A stretch of 63,286 bases of DNA, counting the filler, from Octopus bimaculoides (taxonomy: Eukaryota), in the NCBI RefSeq assembly GCF_001194135.2. It is 7 parts of 5 records of this genome, joined end to end, with 100 filler letters (N's around TTAATTAATTAA, not from the genome) between each part and the next. Parts side by side here need not be neighbours in the genome. Positions count along the whole stretch, not along the records: positions 36,961 to 54,007 come from NC_068981.1; 6 more parts are not named here. The stretch is one strand, 5' to 3'. Position 1 is the stretch's first letter; every line of letters begins with the position of its first letter. Made by a program: the position numbers and the translations under genes. The notes under the pieces were generated by a model that ran no database searches, had not been told where the DNA came from, and worked only from the letters and a program-made list of their open reading frames with translations. Shown here piece by piece: positions 37,608-53,156 of the stretch.

Positions 37608-39231
37608 CACTTTATTTTGTTGCTAATACTGTTTAAAGAACTAAGATTAAGTATCATTCGTACTGAGTAACCTATATTTCCTGACCTACTCAGTCTAGGT
37701 GGGATGTTTGAATGAACCATGCTAACGTTTATTCATACATATTTTTTTCAGACTTACAAATTAAATGTAAATCTATCGTACATCAATTTCCATTACCTTT
37801 AAGTAATCAGAATAATTTCATTAGTAGTTGCCATTAATGTATGTATGTGCTATCAGCACAAAGAACAAATGAAATCACTCCAAAACAATGAAGCCTCTGC
37901 TGACAAAGCGAATTGATTTATCAGTAAGATGGAAGTTGAAAGCAATGGATGTATTGTAGAATTAACGCAGCAACTTAGATTTAATTCATGTGTATATTTA
38001 CTTTACAGTTGTGACGTCGATACATTTCTTTGGGAAAGAATCCATGCCAAAAACTTTAAATTCAATGATCTACGAATGCGTATAGCTAAACAACACACTC
38101 TGATAATTATTAACAACGAATTTCTGGCCGTATTGACAACTTATCTAATAACTAGTCAAAGGTTGGAGCAGTTTGCTTTGTACTCGTAGTAAAGATAATG
38201 ACTATAGATGAGCCAGTCTAGTTTATCGGCCAATGTAACATAGTAAATCACCGCTGTAAACTGTAGAAGCTGCATCAATGTAGAAATAGTGGATATTGTG
38301 TCAATCTGCAGTACGATAGTCCAACGTGAGATATAAACCAAGCTCGTATTTAGGTGGAGATTTAGTTTTCATCCGATTAACAGTAGAGAAACGAAAGATA
38401 AGCGTCAGTCGTATGTCTCGAGATTCAAATAATGTTAGGTTGTTTAAATCGATTTCTATTGATTGAATAAGACACAACAAGCTAGGTCTTAAGGGTAACT
38501 ATATGGAGAATGTACTGAAGTTCTGGGATTGAGTGGTCTGTTGGATATACCTAATGAGAGTTGGTCATTTCTGGCCTGATTTAGCTATATATAGACAGTC
38601 GATCGGATTCACAGTCTATGGAATATATAATACTAAAGTTCAAACCCACTTTCAAAGAATTAAACCACAGAAAACTGTTTATTTGTTCAAGCATTTGGGT
38701 CAACCTATCATAGACATAGCATATATTAGTAGCAGAACTCAACAGCACTAGTCAATAATTCACTAATTTGTTATGCAAGTCCTCAGAGATTCACAATTAG
38801 CAGTAAAAATTAACTTTCCTATGTTACCCATTGCAGCTGTACGCGAAGGATGACAGCAAATGAATTAGCATTACATTACACGAAAAGCGGCACTATCAAA
38901 AGAATAAAATCCTCAATAATAGAATTGCCTCTAATAATAGAATTGTAATAGAATTGTAATAGAATTGCCTCTACATTCTACATGTTATATTTATTTCTCC
39001 GAGAGAAATGAAAACGTGAAATAGATACATGTGATATATAAACAATTTATCAGAATTCAAAAATATTTAGTTGATTTCTAGCTTTTTTCTTTTAATTTCG
39101 TTGATGTCAAACTCGATTCATTATCATTATGAATGTTCACCGTATCCAACTATCAATTTTATCCATTATAATTAAACTATGATATCCGTTAAACGTTGTT
39201 TATATTTTTTCTTTACACACGTATATACATA

Positions 39232-39343
<112 letters not shown>

Positions 39344-41180
39344 AGTACACACACATGTTTATCAAATTTCGTTCTTAAATAATAGCGATTTTCGTTAAGT
39401 AGACTTTTCATATTGTGTGAAATGATTTTCAGTGTATTTGCTGTAATAATTTTTGTTTAATGAATGGAGAGATGGTGGTGGAATCATATACTGTCGGAAC
39501 GAATACCTTCTGCTTTCGAGTCAAGCTGAGATTAGCTTTGCATTTAATACTTTCAGCATCTGTACTTGTTCGATATCATAAACTGTTCCTCCATACATAT
39601 TTTTGTCTCTAACTTAGAAAACAATAATTTGTTTATATGAGACGGAAACGGATGATAGAACCAGTAAAGCATCAAACGATATGCTCTGTGGAGTTAAGTT
39701 ACACTCTTTTATGGGATTTTAAAATATTATATAAGGGGAGACTTTGTCTTTCATTCTCACAAAAGAAATAATCAAGATCGATTTAGTCTGCTGCACAGTT
39801 TCCACACCAAATTTGGTATCATTTGTTCAATTATTAAATTCAAATTTATTTAAGTAATGAGATCTGATGGTAAATTAACTCCTGACAAGAGAATGTATTG
39901 GCAAAGTTAACTATATTGAGATGCCCTTAGGAAAACAGTATATTTTCATATGGCTGTTATTGACGTCAGAGGATCAAATCATTGGCAATAATAACATAAA
40001 GTAGAGCAATAGGTAATTATGGTTATAATTATGGCAACTTCAAACTGATTTTGCAGTATGGTTCTCAGCAGAATTTAGTTAATAAATAAATATTACTAGA
40101 ATTGATAACTACTACGTATTTGCCAATAATTTCTACACAAACATCGTTTGTCGTATGTTTACTGCTGAGATTTGTGGTTGATATTTTCGGGCACTTAAAG
40201 CCAGTAAACTGGAGTAAATGCGAAGAATAAAATCAAAAGCTTCCCATTTGATATGATTCTAGACTCTTACATGTAATTTTCCTGTTGTAAGCTCAATACT
40301 TTTAAAGAAGAAAAACGAAAATAATCTTGCCTATAGATTCAAATAATGCATAAAGTGCATTTGAGCTCAAATTCCATAGCTGTTTTGTTTTGGTTTTAGG
40401 TATTTAAAACATATATATAAAGAGCCACAAAATCATTGCAATTACTCTTTTCCAGATGACGTAGGCACATGAGATGAAGTAAAAGGGGAAGGACAAAAGT
40501 AGACAGGAAATGAGGTTAAGGGAAAAATTCTGCATTGCACATTTACAGAAGCGTCTCTTTCATATTTTTTAATGAGTGTGTAATATAAATTATAAACTAA
40601 CATACTTTTTACAGATACAAAAAGAAATCCACAAACCCATGAAATACGATAAGTATAAATGGTAAGTGAAAAACAACATACAGACAGGTAAAAACACATG
40701 GAAACAAATAAATAATAGAACTTAAATAATGTAAAAGTAAAAAATAAATGCATATCAAATATTGAAAGCCAGATAAAAATAAGCAAACTATAAAACAAGC
40801 AATAATAAATAATAATGCCTCACTTATCGTAAAATATATAACACATCTTAGCACTTGTAAAACAACTAAATCAGTAAACAGCGCAGTTAAATCACATCAT
40901 ATCAGTTTAAAAAAAAACAACAACAACAGCAGCAGCAGTAGCGACAACAGCAACAATAATAATGTTGCTGTTGTTGATGATGATGGTGATGATGGTAATG
41001 CGGCTGCTACTGCTGCTGCTGATGATGATGGCTGTCATTACAGTTTTGAATGGCAGCATCATCTTCGATATTATCCTTGTGAATAATCATTATAACTATA
41101 GCCGCCACCATAGTTGCCTCCACAATAGCAGAATCCACCATTTACCATCTAGAACACGAAACAAAACCACCACCACCACC

Positions 41181-41254
<74 letters not shown>

Positions 41255-42440
41255 CTTCTGACTGTAACAGTAAAGNNNNNNNNNNAAAACAAGAAGAGCA
41301 CCAATAGCAGTAGCAACAACACCATACAAAAGCCTATTTGAAAGAAACAAAATGGAAATGTAGAATGAGAGTTCTGCTTTTTTTTTTCTTTTAAAAAAAA
41401 AAAATAATAACAGACAGTTTGGTAGCAAAAAGAATAAGGAAATAAGTTACAATAAAACAGACTCTGCTATAAACGTCTCGAACGGAAATAAGAGGCAATA
41501 TTGATATTAGCTGAGCGCAAAGGGAGATCAATACGATGTGTATTGGACGAATGCCAGTTGATGTTTTCAGCATGCAAACTTGTAATGGAATGTGAATAAA
41601 TTAATCCTCAATCAGACACAGTACCTCAGCTTGCTTAAATTCAAGCAACATGCAAATAAACGAGCGCGTTCGTACACACGTAAATAAATATTCACATTCA
41701 GGTACAAACACATATATATACTTACATACATCTAGAGAGACTTGCTTATGTACAAACATCCATATAAATACACAAACGATTACGCACATTATATATATAC
41801 ATAAATCACGACACGCACAAAGGTTGATAGATATATAATGTGATAAATCACGCCACATAGATATATAATGTGATAAATCACGCCACATATTTCTACACCT
41901 ATAAATGTGGCTTCTATTTGTTCCAGAAACACGCACACATACATACAGACATACACACACATATAAACACGTGTGTCTGCCTGCCCGTATGTATGTCTGT
42001 CTGTCTGCCGATACGTATGTACAAACATATGTAAATATGCGGAACGCCAAACAGAACGATTGCCAATCGGTTCATTATAAGAAATGATATGTAATGTGTG
42101 TAACATATATTTTCACTTATTCAAATTTACTTGAGGGCTTATGGCTTTTGAAAGATATAGCTGGCAGACCGTACTATCTGCACCCCCAACCTCGTATACA
42201 ATTATCAACGGAGCATTATTTGATAAACGTAATGCTGTGCTGTTTATTGAAAACATAACTATACTGTGGGACCTCCGATGCAGTATATATTCTAACGAAA
42301 CTTGAGACGCATAAACCGAATTTTCCTGTTAGAGCTTCCATTTTTGTGTGCAGCTGAACAGTGCAAAGTGTTCACGTCTACATAATCTTGTAGTGTATAT
42401 GCGTGTGTATGTCTGCGTGTGTGAGTCTACTTGTGTATGA

Positions 42441-42471
<31 letters not shown>

Positions 42472-45400
42472 CGTGTGCGCGCGCGTTTGTGTATTGCACA
42501 TACTTTTGGCTCTCTTTTAGAAAACATCAGAACCGTTGTATTTTTTGCAAGAGCTAATTTAAGAAGAGAAGCAAAATTATGTGATTTGGACACAAGCCCA
42601 CGACTGCGAGAGCGTTATTCTATCAACCTTGTAAGAATGAGAGACCTTGTCGTAATATAATTATCAAAATTTAATAACGGCGTCTCTCTAAGCTTGCTTT
42701 CATTATGATTTAAATAATTTTGTGCTTTTTGGGAAAAAATTTCAATTGCTTTAATTGCTTAGAATACCCGAAAAAACTGAGCGTGTAGTTTTTCTGTGCA
42801 TTGCCACAAACTATTCTGATCTGAATAATATCTGGACCTCTAAAAAGCAGAAGAGATGCAGACGTGAGTTTACTACTCAGATATATCGCATAAACAGGAC
42901 AGACCAGCAATCACACATATAAATATTTTACTGTATAAAACAAAAATTAATTTACGTAGAAGCTGAATTTGAGCCTTGTGTTTCAACACAGGCTCACCCA
43001 ATAACTGTTCTCCTCGCGTCTTTAGTACTGGCTTGCATTTGCCAAATCTCATTTCGACCAAATTGTAAGCCCTTTGACTGTAAACGTCCGATAACACCTT
43101 CCCACTCCTTCCATGTCTCCTTTACAGGCATTAGAGTATATAACTTCGAGTTGAACGTCCAAAAACTTACCCAGTCTGGGTGGTACACAATAACTACAAA
43201 ATTATGGTGACTGATTCTTCAGTTTGGCTTCAAAGACAACAAAAAAGAAATGTTTTTCATGGGAATGTTTCCAGAAAATTTTATTTCAATTTCCCTGAAA
43301 AATCTCGTTTGAGAATGAATAAGAGTCCAAAATGCTACATATTTTTTGCACCATCTTTTAATACCTAGTACCCCTAACATTTTCAAGACCTCTTCCGTGA
43401 CAGGTGGGGTGGGGGGGGGTAGTAATTTGAATACATAGCCAACTGATTGTATCTGAATCGACAACTCTAAGGGCTTTCAAATGCCAGACTATGGTGTTTG
43501 AATTGGGTGGCAGATCATATCTATTTCCACTAGAAAGATGAGTTTAGTTAAATAATTATATCTATCAAGAAAGTTATGAAACATTCTCTAAAATACAATT
43601 AAAAGTTCGATATCAGTTGGATTTATTTTCGTGTGAGAGGAACACGTCATAAGAACTTTCAGACTGACAAAGTGTGAGGATAGAGAACTAAAGTCTGTGA
43701 AAGTGAATTTTTAATATGGTTTCTACTTCTCTCAGAATCTAAGGAAAACTAATGTGAAAAGAGAGTCACCGTCAATAGTTAGACAAGTGAGAAGAGGTCA
43801 TAAATATGAAAATATTCGTATATAAAGCAGGTGTATTTTCCTGCAGTGTAAAGCTTTAGCTACAAACTAAATCTTGTTATTCGCGCAACGAAATCTTTCG
43901 TAGACCTAAGTATTGAAAGGTATAATCATGTTACATTAAAAGTTACTTTACTCAGCAAATATTCAGCACTCTCTATTTTGGCCTGTCTGCCTGCCACAAT
44001 CATATTCGATATCTCAATGAAAGCTTTGGTAAGTGTAAGTAGTAAGTTGTTAAGAATTTACTGCTGCATTAAAGAAGTCTGGCATAAAATATGTAATAAC
44101 TATTAATAAATAAAAATAGTTTTTTTACGTAAATAAATTTTATTTCCATGTATCTCAAATCCATTTCAGTTCTTAGCGTATGATGAAATACAAGCACGTC
44201 TTTTAACATGGGATTAGATACTCAAGAATTTTTCCCAAATTTAAATATTTGACATGAAAGTTTTGCTTGATCCCTTCATCCTTGTGTAAATACAACTACG
44301 AGGCGAGCAAGTCTAAATACAACAAGAGGCAAGCAAATGTAAAGAACTGCAGAAATGAGAAGTATTAAGATGTTAACCATTTTCCAAGATAATTAATTTT
44401 GGTTAAGGGAAATGGCATGATCTGACAACAAAAGCAACATGGCAATGTTGGTACTTCAAGACTTTTTGGAAGCGCATCACATTCAAAACTCATTACATTC
44501 TGTTTGAAGTCATGAATTTCTAACTTTGGGTCAAAGTAAATTATTCTTATAAATGTTATATACACATTCGTCCTCACTCATTTCGAGCACGGATAGTGAC
44601 GGCGCGATGGAAGCAAAACAAAGTGAATCAGGCGTAACAGAAAATCATTGCAACACACAATTCCATTTTTTATTTCATATTGAGTCGGATTAATCTGTAA
44701 TGTGCAACTAGTGTAGATCTGATTTAGCTAATGGTGTAGTACATAATGTAAGTTTAATAGTACAATAAGTAAACCAAGGCTAGAATACCAGGATGCCTGC
44801 TAATGCATTAATAAAAATGTTGAAAGAAACTGAAAGGTATCATATGATGGTTTTGCCCAGTGATTTAAAAAATGCATTTGGCTCAAATTTTATATGATTG
44901 AAAAAACATTAATCACGGTTGCAGTAATTTGCATCACGGGGAACAAAACGAATGAAATATAATAACAAAATAAAAATAAACAAATAAAGCAAAAAGAACC
45001 CTAAAAAAGAAGGAAAAACAGCAAGACAAATAGAGTAGAAAATGCCTCCCCACCCCCGAAAATAACACTAAATAAACTAGATACATATTAAAATAAAATG
45101 CAATCAAGAGTTTGCTAATTAATTGTGACTAAATTCAATTAAAGATTTCAGTTGTAAGTCACGACAACAAGGCTAGTTGCAGTATTTTTTTTACAGATAT
45201 CCATTTATATGCTAGAGCGGCCTTCAAATATAAAGAAAAGGAATGTGCAGATATCTCAGTGACTGATCATATATTTTTGCTGTATTTAAAATTTTTTTTG
45301 CATTTGATTTTGAATCCAAAGAATGTGGTCGGAAATAAATACTGTTTTTATCTTATTTTACTCTACAGGCGATAATTGCCTAATAATCACACCATATATC

Positions 45401-45953
45401 ATGCATTTATCATTAGCTACAGCGGGTGGGGAAATATATGAAGATTGCGTGATCTGTTGACATTTTTCGATGCACGCAGTATATGTAATGGAGATAGATA
45501 CTTAATGCAAAAGACTTGCTTTACATGCAAGTAAAGAAAAATTATTTGCTTCAAGAAATAATAACAACAAATAAAATAGAAACAAGAAATACACAAGAGA
45601 CACGAAATACGAAAAGATGTAGTCTTCAAATGATTGTCGTTTGGTGCTTAATAGAAAAATATAAACATGCCAAATACCGCATGGCATATATAACATAAAT
45701 GTCAATTTGTGGATTTGTTTAACTACAGTTTTAACTGAAAAATAGAAGTTTCTATTTGTAGCGAAGCGATCGTATTGATAATTTGTAAGATGCATATCAA
45801 AAGTAACACGTAAGATGTTATTTTAATGTCTTTCTATATTATAGTTGGTAATATCTAAATTTGATTATGAAACTGTCATTTTACCGCAATATAGATACTA
45901 CCCCAGTATACATACATACAAACGAACATATATAGATGCATATGTGTGTATCG

Positions 45954-46002
<49 letters not shown>

Positions 46003-46712
46003 NNNNNNNNNNNNNNNNNNNNNNNNNNNNNNNNNNNNNNNNNNNNNNNNNNNNNNNNNNNNNNNNNNNNNNNNNNNNNNNNNNNNNNNNNNNNNNNNNN
46101 NNNNNNNNNNNNNNNNNNNNNNNNNNNNNNNNNNNNNNNNNNNNNNNNNNNNNNNNNNNNNNNNNNNNNNNNNNNNNNNNNNNNNNNNNNNNNNNNNNNN
46201 NNNNNNNNNNNNNNNNNNNNNNNNNNNNNNNNNNNNNNNNNNNNNNNNNNNNNNNNNNNNNNNNNNNNNNNNNNNNNNNNNNNNNNNNNNNNNNNNNNNN
46301 NNNNNNNNNNNNNNNNNNNNNNNNNNNNNNNNNNNNNNNNNNNNNNGAACACATTTGCATATGTACATATATATACATTCATGTTTTTGTGCATATAATG
46401 TGTGTATATATATATAAATAAATATATATGTATATATATACAACACATGTATTTATTTTTTATGTTTTTCATACACTCAGACGATTGCTGCGATGCTGAG
46501 TCACGGTCTTGAAGAGTTTATTCGAACAGGTTACCCTGGCATTCATTCTATCAGTTCTAATTGTTAACCAACTAGATCACTGAGACATAAGCAAACCTAC
46601 CCTAGTTGTCATAAGTTGGTGTGGGATAAACACAAATACGAACCCACACCTACACACACACAAACACACACACACACGCACGCATATGCACGCGCGCATT
46701 TTCCTATATTAG

Positions 46713-46768
<56 letters not shown>

Positions 46769-47450
46769 CATATATCACGACTGGACACCGATATATTTTA
46801 CATTAGAAAATGATTTTAAATGATGGTGCAAGTGTAAGGATGTTTTAGGTCGTACTGTCGAAATAGATCGAGAAATCTGTGAGAAATCTGGACTGGAATT
46901 AACATTTATACACGTTGTGTCGACACTCCTGTTTAAACAGCTGTGTAAATATGAAAATTGGTAAATAAGAGAGCTTTTACATTATTCGTAGAGTATACAT
47001 TCTTTTCATTAGACAGCCAATCTGATGTTCCTTGCTTGTAAGGATCTTAAAGTTTAACTTGGATCATGCATTTATAAAGAAGCTTCTATGTGTTTATTAA
47101 ATATATGATTGTAATCTTGCTTATAAATTTGTTGTCATATATGCTAAGGTGGCGTCCATGTTAATTAATACTTCCGATCAACTTTGCATTTCTCTCAGCC
47201 CTAACGTGATTGTACTTATATAATTCGAAATTAATACTGTTCACTAAGTTCTCTAGGCAATCCTGAGCTAATTGATTAACTGACTCGATCTATTCCTTCG
47301 GCTGCTGAGAAATATGGAATTGAACGACACGGATAATTTCCATAGCCAGTCTAACTATTTGTGTATTTAATATAGAATTTTAACTTTGTTTATAAACATA
47401 CTTATACATACATATGTGTACATAGATATACATAGATATACATTCGTCCA

Positions 47451-47481
<31 letters not shown>

Positions 47482-47754
47482 ACCTAGATCCAAGGCTCCT
47501 TCATTGGAATTTCAACATCAACAACAGGGTATTTTTGTTTGTATGTATGTATGTATGTATGTATGTATGTATGTACGTATGTATGTATGTATGTATGTAT
47601 GTATGTATTCTCATACATATAATTGCATATCTAAACATGCTCATACATATTTAAATGATAAACCTCTGGAAAATTTTAGAGATTTTTAGTTCTAGTGATG
47701 GATTGGATCTGTAATCTTCGAATTAGCTTTCTCCTTTCTAGTTTTGAGAAGCCT

Positions 47755-48960
47755 ACTTTCTCAAGATTGGTATTTAGACAGCGCCACAATAATTACAGGC
47801 TTAAATCTTAACTTGTAATCTGGATCTGGATAGAGTAACAGCAAATTTTTCAATAGTTCAACAAAGGTGATCCCTTTTCTGCTGATCTTCAGCTTTATGT
47901 TAACATCTGCTGGGCAGCTAATTTCTACAACTGTGCACAGTTTCTCTTCTCTATCCCAAATCATTATATCAGGTCGGTTGTGCTTATACTTTATTGAAGT
48001 CTTCGCCGGTACATTCCACCAATATTCCGTTTTATTATGAGTGGCTTTGGCTTCTACTATACTGTAGGTTTTGATTTCTTTGTCTTCGGGCTTGTCCTTC
48101 CGACGGATTTCATTAAAGAGCGTCCTAGCTTCAACACTATGTCTCTTCGGCAGATAATGCTGTGATGACATTTTCGGACAACTGCTTATGATGTGGGTGA
48201 TATCTCCAATGTGTATTCCACAAAGTCTGCATCGGTTGTCACATTTTAAGTCTTTACTTGCATCTCTATCCCTTTTGTGCATCAGGCACTTGGTTCATAT
48301 TTCCTATTCCTGGATTGCAAACGCATACCTTTCAAAGTGGGAAGCAGTAATCCGGTTGTTGGTGCATGATAAACTGCTTTGATGATCGATGTTTCTATCA
48401 TCACGGAGCTTTCTACTAACATATCCATGCATAGTCTTCTGATCATATAAGCTCATCCTTTCATCTGATGATACGTTGCGGTAGAGTCGTGCGACGTCTT
48501 TGGGCATGTATTCAAGGTTATCAGACAAATAGTGTTGTTCAAGGAGCTGCCTTCCAAGTCTTATGATGTAATCAACCACATGTATACAAACTTGGTGAAG
48601 GGATGCACTTCGACACATGGAGGTTAAAACATGTTGCCGAAGGGATACGATGCGACATTCAAAGGCATTTTACATCGATGTTAAGCATCTGCCGCCTTAT
48701 TTTCGTTTTAGATAGCGGTGACCTACGTCGCTCTTTATGTGGAAAGTATGTGTGTATATTTAGAATAATTCGGGTTTTCACATCGATGGCCTATATCTCA
48801 TCAAGCGTCCAATCAAGCAGCCCAAATGTTGGGATGAGTACTGGCTCTGCAAACAGATTGTAGGCCACTGTTTTATTGAATGCAGAGAGTTCTGAGGTCC
48901 AAATTTTCTATATTCGGCTTTGATATTCTTTAGTGATACGTGTTTTGTTACAAGTGCCAT
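47755..48960 (-). mobile_element. R4/Dong-type (RLE) LINE 3' fragment
   Basis: CRLCGIHIGDITHIISSC (CCHC), KHNRPDIMIWD..VVEISCP (PD-(D/E)xK endonuclease) and upstream FERYAFAIQE. Stops split the ORF. Confidence 0.9.
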
Positions 48961-48966
48961 TGTAAA

Positions 48967-48997
<31 letters not shown>

Positions 48998-49901
48998 TGC
49001 ATGCGTGTGTGTGTGTTGCAAACGCATGAGCCTTTATATGTGTGCATGGGAGCATGTGTGTGTATGTGAACAAATAACTTAGTGCGTGCGTTGTGTGGAG
49101 TGATGTGCGTTTCATGTATTTGTGCGTGTGTGTGTGTGTGTATACTTGCGTGTGCAAACGCTTGTGTGTAGTAGTTGACGTTTTCTTGTTCGGGAATAAT
49201 ATGTGCATGTGCATGCGTGTGTGTGTGACCCTATAATGTGCGTGTGTATTGTGCATGTTTGTGTGCAAGTTGTCTGTGTTCATGCGTATTGCGTGTGTGT
49301 GCATGTGCGTTGTGCGTGCATGTACATTGTGAATGAAGACTGTGTTGTGGAGAAATGCATAGGGTTGTGAGGTGGGAGATGGATAACGGGAGTTAGGGAT
49401 TCGCAGGTATTGGTTGCTAGTGTGCGTATGTCTATGTGTGTGAATGCATATGCTTAGGAGTGTGTGGTGGGTGTATGCATCATGGTGTGTGGTGTGTGTA
49501 GTGAGATGAACAGTATGTAGTGGTGTTTGTATCGTGCTGTGTGTGGTGTAGATATTGGAGAGTGTGTGTGGGTGTGTGCATAATGGTGTGTGATGTGGGT
49601 ACTGGGAGAAGTTGGGTGCTAGTGCGCATGGAGTGGGAAGGTGTGTGTGGAAGTGTGCGTATTGGTGTGTGGTGTGAGTACCGAATTGAAGAGTGTGTAT
49701 GGGTGTTTGCATAGTGGTACGTGTGGTGAGGGTACTGAGTTAGGCGGTGTACAGATGTAGGGGAGGAGGGGAGGGGCAGTTGAGGTGGGAGTTGTGTGAG
49801 AATCTGTGTGGGGTTGGTGTTACTTGAAGAGAGTTGGCGAATTAAAGCCATATACATGTGTGTATGTGTGTGCGTATGTGTCTGCGTGCGCGTGTATATC
49901 C

Positions 49902-49960
<59 letters not shown>

Positions 49961-51480
49961 CATACAAATATACAAATGCATAGTATACAGTGATAGTTCA
50001 TTCGTCAGTTTGATGATGACCTAGTTCCTACAGGCAAATACTATACAATTACAAGGCTATCTGTCTCACACTTCAGTTCCACATAATGTATTCATTTTCA
50101 AATTATGATCGTAGAAATTGTTCTTGAATGAATATGCCAAAAGTCTGAAAGGATTACCTGATAATGTAGTACCGTCTATCTTGGTGTGTGAGGCCTGGTC
50201 ATAAAATATCAACAAAATATTTGTTTTGCATTATGGCTTCTAGATCAGCATGATGAAATATTGCCATCTACGCCCGTTGTAGGCATGTGTCTGTTGCTAT
50301 GAAAGCTATGAAGACGAAGGCAATATATTTAATTCATAACCCACTTGAAACATGAACGACAGCATGAAATTAACCACACACTCTAATGTTTACTGTGAAC
50401 CAGTAGCGCTCTTAAACGATCTGATTTAAAGCACACATACATACTCACAAATGTAAGAAGAGGGATATTAATATTAACCCGACATATTTTGTCTATGTTA
50501 TCGATAGGGCGCGCTCAACGCAATGTGTGTTTATTCAGAGCGCAATATATAGAAATGCTAATAAACAGAGATCAGTCTAATCCTTATATATATTCCTATA
50601 AGTATTTCAGTGATTTATTTGTGCGCTGAATCTGTCTCTTTCTCTCTTTTCTTTCTACACTCACACAACGATACCGACATGTGCACTCACACATATGTTC
50701 GTTTGTGGCGTATTAGTTTACGATGAAAATCTTGCCAAAATTAATTCAAAATTCGGAGAATGTGGCAAAGGAGATTTTTTTTTTCGTCAGAGTGGGAAAC
50801 CAATTACAACTCTTGTCTTGCCGACGCCCTCATAAATTCAGCCCCCTTAGTCGAAGGAGATGAGAAGTTATTAGAATAATGTATTTGTTTATCTATTTAG
50901 TGTTAATTCAGAATTATTTGTNNNNNNNNNNNNNNNNNNNNNNNNNNNNNNNNNNNNNNNNNNNNNNNNNNNNNNNNNNNNNNNNNNNNNNNNNNNNNNN
51001 NNNNNNNNNNNNNNNNNNNNNNNNNNNNNNNNNNNNNNNNNNNNNNNNNNNNNNNNNNNNNNNNNNNNNNNNNNNNNNNNNNNNNNNNNNNNNNNNNNNN
51101 NNNNNNNNNNNNNNNNNNNNNNNNNNNNNNNNNNNNNNNNAAGTTAAAATGCCAAAATATTATTCTATAGAAATACTGCAGCTGTCTCTTGAATAGCACA
51201 CCCACCACCTGGTAATCCTTCAGTAATAGTGTTTTCATTATTGCTTTTAACTCGACGTTTTTGTTCTTTTCATCTTAACTCCCTTAATTCATTTTGACCA
51301 AATGACTTCTTACTCCAGATAACATTCATGACAATATTGCTACTGCTACTGCTGCTGTTGCTATTGTTGCTGCCGCTGCTACTATTACTACTATTTCCCC
51401 TACTACTAGTGGTACCCTAGTTATTGGTAGTTATGATGATAATGACGATGATGATGATAATAATAATAATAATAATGGTG

Positions 51481-51547
<67 letters not shown>

Positions 51548-52536
51548 TAATAATGGTAATACTAATATTAAAATAATGAGGAGATATATCCTTTTCAGAC
51601 ATATCTAATCGATCTCAGAGAAATCTTGGAGCAAATATCATAGATTTCGATTATTAAGATATTTGAATTTTGCTCTATTTGACCTTTCGCCAGTTCTTGG
51701 AGTCTGGCCATTCACTTTTAAGACTATCCATCATTCATCTTGTCATAGAAATAATACCTGAAGTGAACTATTGAGAACCAGGGCTAGATACGTCATATAA
51801 AAAGATCATTTTGATAAGCTGTAAAAATATTGATATTCGGATTTACAAACCTCAGCAAACAGTGATTGTTTTGGCTTTAAATCCCTACCGAAACGAAGTG
51901 TAAAGATAACCATATTGAATACATTCTTATTCTCTATAATTATGTATACGTGGCAGTTTTGCTTTTTCAGTTATCATTATTCATACACTCTTTATAAATC
52001 GGTTAATACTAAAGAACGAAGTCTGATAGATATCTATATCTAAATTAATATTTATATAAACTCGTATTCATATCTTTCCAAAAGCAAGGTAATTGGTTCA
52101 TATATACGTTCACATTTTCGTTCGTTTCTTTTTTATCAGTTTCGGTCCTTATGTTGTGTGCAAGAGCTTAACTCGCTGGGACAAGTGGAATACCACTTAA
52201 ATACAAAGAGCGAATTGCAAGTCTGTAAGCTTGAACGGCATAAATGTGCATCGAAAAAATCTCAAATGAACGTGACCGTTTTCTCTTTCATAACAGTTTT
52301 GACAGAGGTCGTTAGCGGATGACTTCAAATCTGAATACGAGTGAAATTTTACCTGCTGTTGAGAAGTTCCTTACAGATTTCGAAGAACAATCAGAGTAGT
52401 AATACGAAATGTACTGAGTAAAATTGTGACTACAGATTAGCTGTGTCAGCTGATTGTTAAAATTATTTCATACAAAATTCTACACACATGTAATAATTAT
52501 ATTTGTTATTATTAATCTGGTCTCTTAACGTGGTGA

Positions 52537-52742
52537 GCTGGCAGTGTTGTGAGCATGTCGGGCAAAATGCTTAGCGATATTTAGTCTCTTTCCATTCTCA
52601 GTTCAGATTCCACTGAGGTCTACTATACCTTTCATCCTTTTGGGGTCGATAAAATAAGTATCATTTGAACACTGGGATCGGTGTAATCGACTTACCCTCT
52701 TCTCCGAAAATGCCGGCCTTCTGTCAAAATTTGAAACCATCA
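52537..52742 (+). mobile_element. SINE (family of 3783-4030)
   Basis: GTGAGCTGGCAG...CAAAATGCTTAGC...GGGGTCGATAAAATAAGTA...GTAATCGACTTACCC...AAAATTTGAAACCA. Confidence 0.85.
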
Positions 52743-53156
52743 TATTCAGAATATCACATTTACTCTAAATGTTAGAATTATCTTTCTTCAATAGGATAAA
52801 CACTTACTGAAGTTTTTTCCTAGATCAGCAGTTTTCAAAATACTCCGATGTATTTTTTTTTATTCCAAAAGATTTGTAGATCTCTGAATCATAACACGTA
52901 TGCTTTAGCACAGGGCGAAAATACGTCTAAGGCAACAGTTACTTTACGACTGGTAAATGTGAATGCAAAATCAGTTTCCGTGATTTGCAGAGTAGAAAGG
53001 ATGTCTGCTCGATAAAAAGATTTTATATTCACCTCTGTTTCCCTCATCCTTCCCCCTAGTGGCAAATAAAAGTAATCAGCCACCCCTCCCCCNNNNNNNN
53101 NNNNNNNNNNNNNNNNNNNNNNNNNNNNNNNNNNNNNNNNNNNNNNNNNNNNNNNN

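Noticed and set aside
37929-38189. Strong-looking acceptor TTTACTTTACAG followed by an open frame
   Set aside because: No convincing donor and no recognisable peptide.
46830-47350. Possible further decayed LINE fragment on the minus strand
   Set aside because: Too degenerate; no motif could be read reliably.
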